64,000 bases of DNA from an uncultured delta proteobacterium (GTDB taxonomy: Bacteria; Myxococcota_A; Polyangia; Polyangiales; Polyangiaceae), in NCBI GenBank assembly GCA_963716725.1, contig CAVQUB010000005.1, positions 160,001 to 224,000 of the forward strand, read 5' to 3'. The position numbers were made by a program, and so were the translations under genes. The stretch's first letter is position 1. Each line of letters starts with the position of its first letter. Shown here one piece after another: positions 9,854-19,500 of this stretch. The notes beneath the pieces were generated by a model. That model saw only the letters and a list, made by a program, of their open reading frames with translations. It made no database searches and was not told where the DNA came from.

Positions 9854-10330
9854 CTACTTCTTCTTCCGCGGGCCCCGCTGACAGCGGCCTTCGTCGCAGA
9901 TCGGCTCACAGGTCCACGGCTCGCACTGCGCCATGGTTCCGCAGCCGTTCTTCTTCGCATCCTTGACCAAAGCGTCCAGCTTCTTCGCGGTGGCCTTCTC
10001 GACGATGCCGCCGCAGTCGTTGCCGGGGATCTTCGAGAGCTGTCCGGGGAAACACCCGCAGTCAGCGTCCTTCTTGCAGGCGTAGGTCGCCGCCGACAGC
10101 GCCTCGTCGAAGTCGTGCAAGGTCTTGTCGCAGCCCTTCAGCTCCTTGGGCGGCGCTGCCGCCTCGGGCTCCGCCGAGGCCGGGGGGCCCGGGTCTTCGG
10201 CCTTCGGTGAATCGTCGGCCTTGGCGCTCTCCGCCGGGGGGGCAGCCGCGTCTGCGGGGGGCTTGCTCGCGCAACTCGGGAGCGAGAATGGGAGCGCGAG
10301 CGCGAGCGCGGTGATGAACGATCTCTTCAT
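9854..10330 (-). CDS. Cys-rich lipoprotein
   Basis: GGAG RBS, lipobox LPS-C, Pro/Ala linker, Cys-rich domain. Confidence 0.7.
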   Translation of the reverse strand: MKRSFITALALALPFSLPSCASKPPADAAAPPAESAKADDSPKAEDPGPPASAEPEAAAPPKELKGCDKTLHDFDEALSAATYACKKDADCGCFPGQLSKIPGNDCGGIVEKATAKKLDALVKDAKKNGCGTMAQCEPWTCEPICDEGRCQRGPRKKK

Positions 10331-10347
10331 GATGTCTCCGTGGGTTT

Positions 10348-10941
10348 TCACAGCTCGATGACCACCACCCGCTCGTCTTCGGGCTTCGTCAGCTCGAGCT
10401 CGAGGGAGTAGGTCTTGGGCCCGACGCGCGCGCCGAGCATCACTTGAATCGGCGGGTTCTCACCGCCGAGCTTCTCGAGCCGCACACGCACGCGGTACTT
10501 GCCGCGCGGCGCGTCCCCCTCCTCGAGGTACACGTTCTCCATGTTCTGCCCCCGGCAAGCGTTGCTCTTGCCCGGGCAATCGCGGTCTTTGACCAGTCCG
10601 CTCTTGGCGGCCCGGCCCACCTCCGCCAGCTCACCGTTCGGGTCCATCACCTCGAGATCGACGTCCGCGCCCGCTTGGGGCCAGGCGATGACGAACTGAA
10701 CCAGGCCGGTCGCGACGCCGCAGCCCTCGTCGATGATGCCGTTGCAGTTGTCGTCCCGAGCGTTGAAGCAGAGCTCCGAGCCGCTCGGAGTGCAGGCTTC
10801 GCGGACCACCACGCCGGGCGCGGCGGTGAGCTGGATGATCCGCGGGCCCTTGTCCGCGGGCGAGGCTGCGGGGTGCTTCTTCCCGCAGCTCACCGAGCAG
10901 AGCAACGCTAGGAGGGCGCTGACAGCACGAGCGCGCCCCAC
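10348..10941 (-). CDS. Lipoprotein with putative metal-binding (DDNCNGIIDEGC) motif and YfaP/DUF2135-like domain
   Basis: Lipobox VS-C; ELCFNARDDNCNGIIDEGC; WPQAGADVDLEVMDPNGE. Confidence 0.7.
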   Translation of the reverse strand: MGRARAVSALLALLCSVSCGKKHPAASPADKGPRIIQLTAAPGVVVREACTPSGSELCFNARDDNCNGIIDEGCGVATGLVQFVIAWPQAGADVDLEVMDPNGELAEVGRAAKSGLVKDRDCPGKSNACRGQNMENVYLEEGDAPRGKYRVRVRLEKLGGENPPIQVMLGARVGPKTYSLELELTKPEDERVVVIEL

Positions 10942-13610
10942 TACTTCTTGCCCTTACCCTCACCCTCGGCGCCCTCGGGCACCTTCACGCCTGTGATGAC
11001 CTTGGGATTCATCAGCTCGAAATAGGCCGCCGACGCCAGCTCCCCGGTCGGACCCTTGTCGTCGCGCAACGCCAGCAGCACGCCCTGCTCCTTCATGAAC
11101 TTGAGCGTGCGGATGGCGCCTTCCATCAGCTCCTTCTTGGAGGTGTCCCGGGCCATTTGCATCAGGCGGTGCCTCAAGACGACGCGGGTGAAGGAGTGCG
11201 GTCCGTTGTCGAACTGCAGATTGTCGAACTGCTTCATCAGCAAGAAGGGCGCCCAGTCTTGGGGCACGCCCTTCAGCTCCACCTGCTGGATGCCGACGGC
11301 GTTGTCCACCCACTTGAAGATGCGCCCGCTGCTCAGATCTTCGTGGGACCAGTAGCCGAAAGCGTCGTACCAGAGGTTTTGCAGCTCCTCGATGGTGGCC
11401 TTGGGTCGGTCGGAGAAGGTCGCCACGGCGCGCTTGGCCGTGTCGGTGGAGCCGCCGAGGATCAGCGCGAGCGCTGCGTCCGTGACCAGCGATTCGGACT
11501 TCATCATCTCGAACAACTTCTGTTCGACGTCGTTGTCGAAGCCCGTCTTGCCGACCGCGACGGCGACCTGGTGGCGCGTTTCGAGGGACGCTTCGGGGTT
11601 CAGCATCGGCAAGAGCGCGGCGGCCGTGCCTTGGATGGGCCGGCGGATGAAGGCCTCGAGCAGGCAGCCGCGGCGCTGGGAGTCGGCCTTGTCGGGCTTG
11701 TTGTACTCCTGCACCTTCTTCGCGACCTCGAGCATGTCCTCTTTGGACCCGACCCAGGGCAGGGCCGCGCAGGCCGACAAGCGGCTCTGCTCGTTCTCTT
11801 TGGGTTCCTCGATGTACTTGAGCAGTGGCTTGAAGCCCTTGGGGTTTTGCCACTGCGCCATGCCGTCGGCCGCGCCGACACCCAGGGCGCGGAGGCTCAT
11901 GCCCAAGATCGCGAGCCCGCCAGCCATCAGGCCATCCATGGTCACGTCGAGCTTGGGATCGCGGCGGGTGAGGGAGCGCTCGAGCACGCCCCAGCTCTGC
12001 TCGTCCTTGAGCCAACCGACGTAGCGCATCGCGCTCTGAGCGATGACCCACTCCTCCGGGAAGGGAGGCTGCTGGCCCTCGAGGGGCAGCGGCTTGGCTG
12101 GATCGGCCCACTTGCGGAACGCAGTGATGTCCTTGGTCGAGCCCATGGCCGCCAGCGCACGCAGGCCGTTGGCGTGCGGCGAGGGCATCTCGTGGATCCA
12201 GAAGATGACCGCGTCCTCACCCTCTTTTTGGAGGTACTCGTGCTTGTCCGGGTGCATCACGGCCAGATCCGCGATCATGCGCGTCGCGACCACGCGCTCT
12301 TGGTCGTCGCGCTTGAGCAGCTGCTCGTGGTCGTACTGATCGCTATAGATCTTCAGCGGGTCCATGCGCAGGCGCTTGGCCAGCGTCGGCACCGCGCGCA
12401 CGTCACCGATCTCGGCCATGGCCGTCGCGGCCTCGGTCTGCCAGTGAATGTGGGGCTTGGTCTCGATGTACTTCAGCAGCGCGTCGCCGCAGCGCGGGTC
12501 CTGCAGTTCGCGGACCAGATCCAAGATGACCTTGGTCTGGAACCACGCCTTCTCGACGCCGTCGTCATTCGAGGCCATCGCGAGCAGGAGGCCCTCGCAG
12601 CCGATGCCGTCCTTGAGCGCGTGCAAGAACTTCTTGCGGCTCTCTTTGTCCGTCTTCTTCAGGGCGGCGACCAAGGGCTCGCGCGCGCGCTGGTCGCCGA
12701 TCTTGCCCAGGCCGGGGGCAGCCTGACGAGCGATCTCGGCGTCGCTGTCCTGGACCAGCTTGATCAGCACGTCGGTGTACTTCGCCGAAGCATTGCGCGA
12801 CAGCACCGTGGCCACGAGCTGGCGCACGGCGCCGCTCTCGTCGCCGGCGTAGGTCGCGAGCTTGTCCGTATCGATCAGCTTGACGATCTTCTCGGGATCG
12901 AAGGCCACGCCCCCACCGAGGCGTTGCACCTTCGACAAGTGCCCGGCGCGGTAGAGCACCATGATCTGGTCGAAGGAGGCAGCCTCGCCCAGCACCACCA
13001 GCGCCCACGCGATCTGAGGCTTGGCGCCGGGACCGGCCTTGGCCAAGGCCTGCATCAGCGGCCCCTTGGCGCTCTCGGCCATGGGCAGGCCGTACTCGGT
13101 GAGGCAAGTCGCGGCCATTGACTGGATCGGCTCGCTCGGGCGAGCCAGGGCCTTGATCGCGAGATCGACACCCGCCGGATCCTTCGCGAACGCGAGCTGC
13201 TTGAGCGATTCGGCGACGAGCTCGTCGCTCGCGTCCCCGGCCGCCCACTCTCGCCACTTGGGCAGCTGTTCGTCCTTGGGCAGGATGAAGGTCGCTTTCT
13301 TCCGGTCTTCGACCTGCTCTACAGTGAGCTTCTCGGCGTCCTTCTTGAGGCCGATGAAGAGGAACAGCCCGAGCCCGATGACGGCCACGAGCCCGACCAG
13401 AATGACGAAGGGATTGAAGCGTCCCTTCTTGAAGTTTCCGTCGCCCATGTCGTACGAACCAGGCGCGCCGCCGCCGGGAAGCTGCGGGTTTCCGCCCCCG
13501 CCGTCCGGACCGCCGATGGCGAAGTGGACGCGCTCCAGAGGCGTCTCCCCTGCGAGCGGTGGGACGGGCCGAGGAGCGGGCTGCGGGGACGGCGGGATCG
13601 GTTCGAGCAT
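10941..13610 (-). CDS. Membrane-anchored HEAT-repeat protein
   Basis: Single N-terminal TM helix, then many HEAT/PBS-lyase-like repeats (AAPGLGKIGDQRAREPLV, AMAEIGDVRAVPTL). Confidence 0.8.
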   Translation of the reverse strand: MLEPIPPSPQPAPRPVPPLAGETPLERVHFAIGGPDGGGGNPQLPGGGAPGSYDMGDGNFKKGRFNPFVILVGLVAVIGLGLFLFIGLKKDAEKLTVEQVEDRKKATFILPKDEQLPKWREWAAGDASDELVAESLKQLAFAKDPAGVDLAIKALARPSEPIQSMAATCLTEYGLPMAESAKGPLMQALAKAGPGAKPQIAWALVVLGEAASFDQIMVLYRAGHLSKVQRLGGGVAFDPEKIVKLIDTDKLATYAGDESGAVRQLVATVLSRNASAKYTDVLIKLVQDSDAEIARQAAPGLGKIGDQRAREPLVAALKKTDKESRKKFLHALKDGIGCEGLLLAMASNDDGVEKAWFQTKVILDLVRELQDPRCGDALLKYIETKPHIHWQTEAATAMAEIGDVRAVPTLAKRLRMDPLKIYSDQYDHEQLLKRDDQERVVATRMIADLAVMHPDKHEYLQKEGEDAVIFWIHEMPSPHANGLRALAAMGSTKDITAFRKWADPAKPLPLEGQQPPFPEEWVIAQSAMRYVGWLKDEQSWGVLERSLTRRDPKLDVTMDGLMAGGLAILGMSLRALGVGAADGMAQWQNPKGFKPLLKYIEEPKENEQSRLSACAALPWVGSKEDMLEVAKKVQEYNKPDKADSQRRGCLLEAFIRRPIQGTAAALLPMLNPEASLETRHQVAVAVGKTGFDNDVEQKLFEMMKSESLVTDAALALILGGSTDTAKRAVATFSDRPKATIEELQNLWYDAFGYWSHEDLSSGRIFKWVDNAVGIQQVELKGVPQDWAPFLLMKQFDNLQFDNGPHSFTRVVLRHRLMQMARDTSKKELMEGAIRTLKFMKEQGVLLALRDDKGPTGELASAAYFELMNPKVITGVKVPEGAEGEGKGKK

Positions 13611-13705
13611 TTTCCTCCGACGTTGTGCGGTCCCGTCGACGAGGACGTCGGCGCTCGAGCCCGCACATCGAGCGGCCGCGACCTTATCCCAGGAGCCAGG
13701 CGACC

Positions 13706-14503
13706 GTGAAGCACGGAGCCGACCAACCCGCGGAAATATCGGAGGCTCCGCCGACGGACGAGCCGCCGCTCCGGCCCCCGGGCGAACCCCCCACGCGGCG
13801 GAATGGCCGCCCAGCGTGGCTGGTCCCGGTGGGCATCGCGCTCGGGACGAGCGCCGTCGTCACCGGGCTTTCTTACGGAATGCCCGACAAGTACGCGGCT
13901 ACCGCGGTGGGTCTGGGCTTCCTGGCCGCCACCTATTGGGTCGCGCTGCGCCGGGACCATCCCCTGGCCCCCGACCACTACGGGCTCGCGCTCGGCGGGC
14001 TGCTCGACCCCGAGCCGATCTCTCCGAGACGGGTCGCGGGTGACACCGCTCGCGCCTTGGCGTGGGCCGTTGGCCTCGCGCTGGCCATCTTTCCCCTCTT
14101 CTGGTTCGCCTACCGGTGGTGGTGGAAACCCCGACACGCGTTCGAATCCGGCAGCCTGCCGTCCCTCGGGGACGACGTGCTCGGTCAGCTCCTGGTGATC
14201 GCGCTGCCCGAAGAGGCCTTCTACCGCGGCTACCTCCAGACCGCCCTCGACGACGCGTTGAAGCCCCGCATCAAGATCCTTGGAGCCACGGTCGGCTGGG
14301 GGCTCTTGATCTCGAGCGTGCTGTTTGCGCTCGGGCACTTTGCCACCGAAGCGCACCCGAACCGTCTGGCGGTGTTCTTCCCGGCGCTCGCCTTCGGTTG
14401 GTTGCGTGCGCGCACCGGTGGCATCGGTGCGGGCATCGTGTTCCACGCGCTCTGCAACCTGTTCGCGGCGTACCTGGCGCGGAGTTATGGGATGGGGCGT
14501 TAG
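13706..14503 (+). CDS. CPBP (Abi/CAAX) family glutamic intramembrane protease, myxosortase-like
   Basis: LPEEAFYRG, FALGH, FHALCN motifs; multiple TM helices. Confidence 0.85.
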   Translation: MKHGADQPAEISEAPPTDEPPLRPPGEPPTRRNGRPAWLVPVGIALGTSAVVTGLSYGMPDKYAATAVGLGFLAATYWVALRRDHPLAPDHYGLALGGLLDPEPISPRRVAGDTARALAWAVGLALAIFPLFWFAYRWWWKPRHAFESGSLPSLGDDVLGQLLVIALPEEAFYRGYLQTALDDALKPRIKILGATVGWGLLISSVLFALGHFATEAHPNRLAVFFPALAFGWLRARTGGIGAGIVFHALCNLFAAYLARSYGMGR

Positions 14504-14760
14504 CCCCCACCCTGCCCCGTCTTCGCGCGCTCCTCGAACGCCGCCTCGAGGTGCATCAGCATCAGCTTGTCCTTCGGCCGCGACAGATGTCGCTTGACCT
14601 CGACCAGCTTCTCGAGCGTCAGCACACGGACGGGATACTCCCCTACCTCGAGCACTTCGCTGCCTGGGAGGAGATCGACGTATTCCCCGCCCCTGTCGAT
14701 TGATCCAAGCACGTCGAATCTGAGATTCCCGGCCTGAAGAAGCTGGTTGCCCGCACCACG
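14500..14760 (-). pseudogene. 3' fragment of a nucleotidyltransferase-like gene
   Basis: FDVLGSID...VRVLTLEKLVEVKRHLSRPKD resembles the C-terminal half of small AbiEii/DUF6036-like NTases; no GG/DxD N-terminal half. Confidence 0.5.
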
Positions 14761-15026
14761 GGAGAGCTGTCTTGCAGGGCAGCCGCGATTTCGTTTCTTC
14801 ATGTGCCCCTAGGCTGTTTGGGCTCGCGGTCTGTTGGGTCCACGATCGGCGGCTGTCACGCCATCTGCATCGCGAGGGCATTTGGAACCGCCGCCCGCAA
14901 CCGGCGCGCAGCCGCCGGTCCCGCCTTTCGTGACGGCGAGAGTCCCGACGGAGTGGGCTAGCCATGAATGCTCGGACCACCTCCGTGGGGAGTCCCAAGC
15001 GTCCGCTCCTTCGCTTCAATCGCCAA

Positions 15027-15359
15027 TCAGAGCGCGATGCGGATCAGATCACTTCCGTGGAATCCCAGAATGAAAATCAACTCGGACGGCAGCTCCTCCG
15101 AACGCCGAGGAGCGACCTTTCGACGGGGATACTGCGTGAGATAGCCTTTGACGTCCTCCACGGCGGCAGTGACCTTATCCACAATCGCGTCGTGCTCAAC
15201 CACTGGTGAACCAAAATCACCAGCCGTCCAGTACCAACCTGGCGGTAGTGCACGGGTGGCTTCGCCATCGGGACCCGGAACCCAGACTCCGTCAGGAAAG
15301 TGATAGAGCGGGCGCAGCTCCGGGGCTTCTTTGACCCACCGAACAGCCACAATGCGCAC
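15027..15359 (-). CDS. Hypothetical protein or gene fragment
   Basis: 110-aa ORF downstream of the HTH gene with protein-like composition; no recognised motif. Confidence 0.3.
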   Translation of the reverse strand: MRIVAVRWVKEAPELRPLYHFPDGVWVPGPDGEATRALPPGWYWTAGDFGSPVVEHDAIVDKVTAAVEDVKGYLTQYPRRKVAPRRSEELPSELIFILGFHGSDLIRIAL

Positions 15360-15395
15360 CGGACCTGTGACCAGAAGCGGCGGGTGGCGTCAGGG

Positions 15396-15896
15396 TCACC
15401 TCGTCCACTCCATCGCGATGTCCGTCTCCGACAGGTCCAGCGCGTTCGCGATCTTGTACAGGGTCGAGCGCCGAGGGATCGAAGGCGAGTTCAGCATCCG
15501 ACTGAGCGACGGCTGCGGGATCCCGCTCTTCTGAGCCACTGCGGAGACGCCGCCGTGCTTGTCGATGAGCTGCCGGAGCTTCGCCTTCTCTGCCATCACG
15601 CGCTGGGCAACGTCATCGAGCTGGTCGTACTTGATGTACGGCTTGTGCAAGGGCTCCTGCGGCGCCTCGGCGTAGTCGTCGATCGATTCATGCAGATCCG
15701 CGATGATCTCGTCCCGCTCTGCGGGGTCGCAGGCTGAGTCCATCCAGAGCGCCATCAAGTCATGGACACCTTGGTCCGCGCGGCCGAGTTCGGCAGCCTT
15801 CACGATGAACTCGTGATCGAGCCCCGCGTTCTTCATCTCGACCATGATCGAGGCGAGCGCCAACGCCTGCTCGGCTGAAGTCTTGAAGGGGATCAT
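15396..15896 (-). CDS. XRE-type HTH protein (putative antitoxin)
   Basis: C-terminal GGVSAVAQKSGIPQPSLSRML...TLYKIANALDL; ATGA overlap with the upstream gene. Confidence 0.8.
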   Translation of the reverse strand: MIPFKTSAEQALALASIMVEMKNAGLDHEFIVKAAELGRADQGVHDLMALWMDSACDPAERDEIIADLHESIDDYAEAPQEPLHKPYIKYDQLDDVAQRVMAEKAKLRQLIDKHGGVSAVAQKSGIPQPSLSRMLNSPSIPRRSTLYKIANALDLSETDIAMEWTR

Positions 15897-16339
15897 AGGG
15901 TGCCTCGGTAGATGTAACGACCCAGGGAAATGAGGTTCATGCGCGTCTTGAACACCGCCATCTTTCGCTGATCGACGGCATCGCTCGACTTCACGTACGC
16001 CTCGCACAGGAACGCGGTCTGCTGCCCGGCCATGACGGGCAACCGCAGTTGCACCTGACCCGAACCCAAGTTGTGCCACTTCATCTTGTACCCGCTGGGA
16101 AGGACCCTGCTCCCCTGCTTGGCGGGTCCCCAGAAAGTCGGGATGGCGAACTTCGGCTCCGGCGATGGGATCCCCGTTCGCAGCAGCTCAACGTCCGGTC
16201 GGAGCAAGGTCCAGTAGTCTTTGTCCGCGAAGACATTGGCGTGCTTTAGCCTGAGGTACGAGTCCAACGCCCACTCCGTGATAACGACGGTCCACGGCTG
16301 GGCCGATATTCCGGCTGGAGCGGAGGGGGGCTGGCTCAT
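15893..16339 (-). CDS. Hypothetical protein, divergent RelE/HigB-like toxin candidate
   Basis: WTVVITEWAL start; YKMKW, QLRLPV, FLCEAYVK strand pattern; coupled to the HTH gene. Confidence 0.5.
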   Translation of the reverse strand: MSQPPSAPAGISAQPWTVVITEWALDSYLRLKHANVFADKDYWTLLRPDVELLRTGIPSPEPKFAIPTFWGPAKQGSRVLPSGYKMKWHNLGSGQVQLRLPVMAGQQTAFLCEAYVKSSDAVDQRKMAVFKTRMNLISLGRYIYRGTL

Positions 16340-16375
16340 ATAACATTTCATAACACTCGCTCTGGGACAGCGCAA
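16340..16375 (-). promoter_or_regulatory. Putative sigma70 leaderless promoter with TGTTAT direct repeats
   Basis: Minus strand TTGCGC-17 nt-TATGAA, then ATGTTAT and the ATG; AT-rich patch in GC-rich DNA. Confidence 0.45.
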
Positions 16376-17087
16376 GTCTCCAAGGGTTTTTACGGGTTCG
16401 TTGGATGCGAGCGCCTCAGGAAATCTGGGTTTGTTTGCTTGCGAGTTCGTCCGATTCCAGCGCGGGGACCGGCGGGCCCGCGAGTGGGGCAGCGAGTAGC
16501 GGTGGCAGCGCCGGCACGGGAGCGAACAACAGCAGCGGCAGAGCCGCAGCCGCAGGGAACACCGCGCCGTGCCGGGGGCCCGACAACCTCGGAGCGACGC
16601 TAGGTGCGTGTTGCAAGTCCCCGCAGCCGCCGCCGGCAGCGCGGCGACCTCCGTCTCGATTCACGAGCTCACGGGCCAAACGCCACCGGTGTTCGTCGGA
16701 GCGACCCAGGTGGGCCCGGCGTTCACGGTCGCGGCGAATCAGCCCCTCGCCGACGCCATCAGGCGCGTAGGAAAATCCAGCCTCGCTCGGTGGGTCGCGT
16801 CGTCGAGCTTCCGAGAGTCGGCGGATCGCACCACCGATGCACGAGGCTCGCAGCGTGACCACGATTCCACCCGGCGAGGTTGGGTTTTCACCACCCACAA
16901 CGGTCGCCCAACAGCCTTCCGGAACCGCACCGGCCCACCTCACGTCCGAGATCCCCTTGGGCCTTGCCGGCTGCGCTGCCGCGCCGCGTTTCGTCCAAGA
17001 ACCTTCGCGTGACTGGCTTCGCTCGCTCGGCTCCCTCGCAAAGGCTCGGGACCTCACGCGCTCGAGTCACGCCGGAAGCTACTGCTT

Positions 17088-17125
17088 ATGCGATCTTGTT
17101 CGATCCTGCCGGGGCGCGCCGCTGG
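17088..17125. repeat. 38-bp inverted repeat, left arm
   Basis: ATGCGATCTTGTTCGATCCTGCCGGGGCGCGCCGCTGG; 37/38 match to the reverse complement of 19180-19217. Confidence 0.85.
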
Positions 17126-17248
17126 TCCGCTACGGGAAAGGTCGACCCCTCTTCTTCGCGGACCCGCGTGCGGCGACCGAGGTCCGCGCGAAGTGTCGCT
17201 TCGGCTCGAGGATGTCGGGCGACCCGAGATTCGTGTTCCTCGTGGTTT

Positions 17249-17761
17249 TCAGTCCCTCGCCGCCGCGACGACGTCGCTCGCGGTAGCTTCGGCCGGGGCG
17301 ACCCAACGCACCTTGCCGGTCGCCTCGAGGATGACGGTCCCGGGCAGCTTGTCGATCGCGAGCTCGCGACGAAGGACGTCGCCACGGTCGACCAAGAACG
17401 GTGATTCGGCGCCCCACCTCTTCAAAGCGGCGGCGGCGTCCGCATCGCTCTCACCGTCGGAGAGCACGGCCACGAGCACGAGCATCGCACCGCTCTCGCG
17501 TAGCGCAGCCTTGTGGGCGAGGAGGCCGGGCACCTTCTTCGCGCACGGCTCGCAGGTCGGGGCGAAGGCGTCCACGATCGTCACCCGAGTGTTCGGCTGC
17601 GGGACCGTGACGAGGGCGCCTTCGTTCGAGGGGAGCGCGAACGTGGTGGTCGTGCCGAGAGCGGGGCTCTGCGCCGAGGAGGGGGCCGATCCGGCGCCCC
17701 CACTGCATGCGGAAAAGACGAGAGGAACGACGAGCGCGACGAAGGAACGGCTCATTCGCAT
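17249..17761 (-). CDS. TlpA/thioredoxin-like lipoprotein
   Basis: Lipobox FSA-C; VDAFAPTCEPC; LPGTVILEATGKVRW. Confidence 0.8.
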   Translation of the reverse strand: MRMSRSFVALVVPLVFSACSGGAGSAPSSAQSPALGTTTTFALPSNEGALVTVPQPNTRVTIVDAFAPTCEPCAKKVPGLLAHKAALRESGAMLVLVAVLSDGESDADAAAALKRWGAESPFLVDRGDVLRRELAIDKLPGTVILEATGKVRWVAPAEATASDVVAAARD

Positions 17762-17793
17762 GGCCCACTGGGGGGTGCCGCCACAGTGGCCGC

Positions 17794-19104
17794 TCATTTC
17801 AGCTCGGCATCGGCGCGCTTGCGCACGGCCTCGGAGAGGTCGGTGCGAGGAGCACCCCCGAGGCTCTTCGCGGCCTCCTCTTTGCCCGACTTGCTCCAGA
17901 TTAGGTCCTGCTCCGAATACACCGCGATGAAGCCCTGCTCCGTCGCGACCTTGCCGGCGATGGCGGTGATCTTGTCTCCCAGCTCCTTCATGCGGCGCCT
18001 CTCCAAGTCCCCCACCTCCCGCTGGTACTTGATGTAGAGCGCCTGGAGGTCCGCCGTCTCGCGCTGGTGCTGAGCCCGCTTCTCTTTCGTCTTGTCCGCG
18101 CCGAGCGCCGCCTCCTGCTTTTCGAGGTCCGCGGCGCGATTCTTGAGCTCGGCCTGCTTCTTGTTGAGCTCGTTCTGCCGCTGGTCGAAGACGGTCTTCA
18201 GCTCGGCTTTGGCGCGCTTTCCCACGGCCGATTCGAGAATAACGTTGTCCAGGTCGACCCGCGCGATGCGGTCCGTCGCCACACATCGACCTTCCTCGAA
18301 CTGGCTCCCCGGGGGGCAGTCGACTCGGGCTCCCGCCGCGCGGCCCTCGATCCGCGTCAGCCCGATGCGCAGGGGCACGCTGCAGCCGACCTCCCGCGTG
18401 CCCTCTCGCTGCGCCTTCTCGCAAGCGTCGGCGTTGCCCTCGCGGGCGAGCCGCTCGGCGGTTCGGTCCTGACTGCCCCCCGCGCCGACTCCAAAGATGC
18501 TCGCCGTTGCGGACAGCGCCTCGCTCTCGCCTGCCGCCATCGCGAAGCCACCGAGGTAGACCTTGCTCACGACGTGGGTCGCGCGGTCGCAGTCCCCGTC
18601 GAGCTGGTCGGCAGGAAAGGTCTTCATCACCGGAGTCGCGAGCAGGCCGGCGAGCATGTAGTCGGTGCGGAGCGCGCGTCCGCCTCCGACCTTCCCGCCC
18701 AGCCTCGCAGCGCCGATGGGAAGCTCGGCGAACAAGTCGCGTTGGCTCTTCGCCGTCTTCGTTTCGGTCGCGCTGTACGGTGAGAACTTGTACTCGGCGC
18801 CCTTTCCCACGCAGTTCAGGACCTCTAGCTCGACGTTGCAGCCCTCGGCCTTGTAGCGGACCCCGACGACCCCGGTCTCTTGGAGCGCCTTCAGGTTCAG
18901 GCGTGAACCCGAGTCCCAACCCATCAGATCCGGCTCGGTCGGCGGACGGATGGCGCTGCACTGCGTGCCCTCGAACGCCTCGCCCGTCTTGGTCGGCTCG
19001 AGCAGATCCGGTGTCGTGATGCTCGACGTGCCGCACGCCGCGACAGCGAACGCCGAAACGACGAACCTCGAAGCGACCAGCCCCTGCAAGCGTGCGTTCG
19101 ACAT
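17794..19104 (-). CDS. Lipoprotein with C-terminal OmpH/Skp-like domain
   Basis: Lipobox VAA-C; Cys-containing N-domain; IARVDLDNVILESAVGKRAKAEL, coiled coil, TDLSEAV. Confidence 0.75.
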   Translation of the reverse strand: MSNARLQGLVASRFVVSAFAVAACGTSSITTPDLLEPTKTGEAFEGTQCSAIRPPTEPDLMGWDSGSRLNLKALQETGVVGVRYKAEGCNVELEVLNCVGKGAEYKFSPYSATETKTAKSQRDLFAELPIGAARLGGKVGGGRALRTDYMLAGLLATPVMKTFPADQLDGDCDRATHVVSKVYLGGFAMAAGESEALSATASIFGVGAGGSQDRTAERLAREGNADACEKAQREGTREVGCSVPLRIGLTRIEGRAAGARVDCPPGSQFEEGRCVATDRIARVDLDNVILESAVGKRAKAELKTVFDQRQNELNKKQAELKNRAADLEKQEAALGADKTKEKRAQHQRETADLQALYIKYQREVGDLERRRMKELGDKITAIAGKVATEQGFIAVYSEQDLIWSKSGKEEAAKSLGGAPRTDLSEAVRKRADAELK

Positions 19105-19179
19105 GAACGCGGATCATGCCACGGCGTGGGCGTGGCTTCCGAAAACCTTTCACGCCCACCCACGTCGTCGGCCGCCGCG

Positions 19180-19217
19180 CCAGCGGCGCGCCCCGGCACG
19201 ATCGAACAAGATCGCAT
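19180..19217. repeat. 38-bp inverted repeat, right arm
   Basis: CCAGCGGCGCGCCCCGGCACGATCGAACAAGATCGCAT. Confidence 0.85.
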
Positions 19218-19500
19218 GGGCAGCTATGTAAAACGCTTCCCGGCGTTGCAACGCTCCTGCGACTACTTCACCGTATTCGCCGAGGCAAGGCGCGCCACGC
19301 GTCCTGGCACTCTTGATCGGAAGTCGGCGAGCCGAGCGCGGCCTTCGCCGGCCGGTGCGAGAGTCAGGGGCAGGGGCGAGGGCGATGACCGAGGCGGTGG
19401 CCGCGCTCGGCTCGCCGACCAGGGCTAGGGCCAGGGGGCGGAAGCCAGGTCTGCTGACCGGAGCGGGGCTGTCAAAGAACGAGGCGGCGCGAGGCCTGGG

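Noticed and set aside
16405..17012. Short ORFs resembling a lipoprotein
   Set aside because: No intact signal peptide or consistent frame; at most a decayed remnant.
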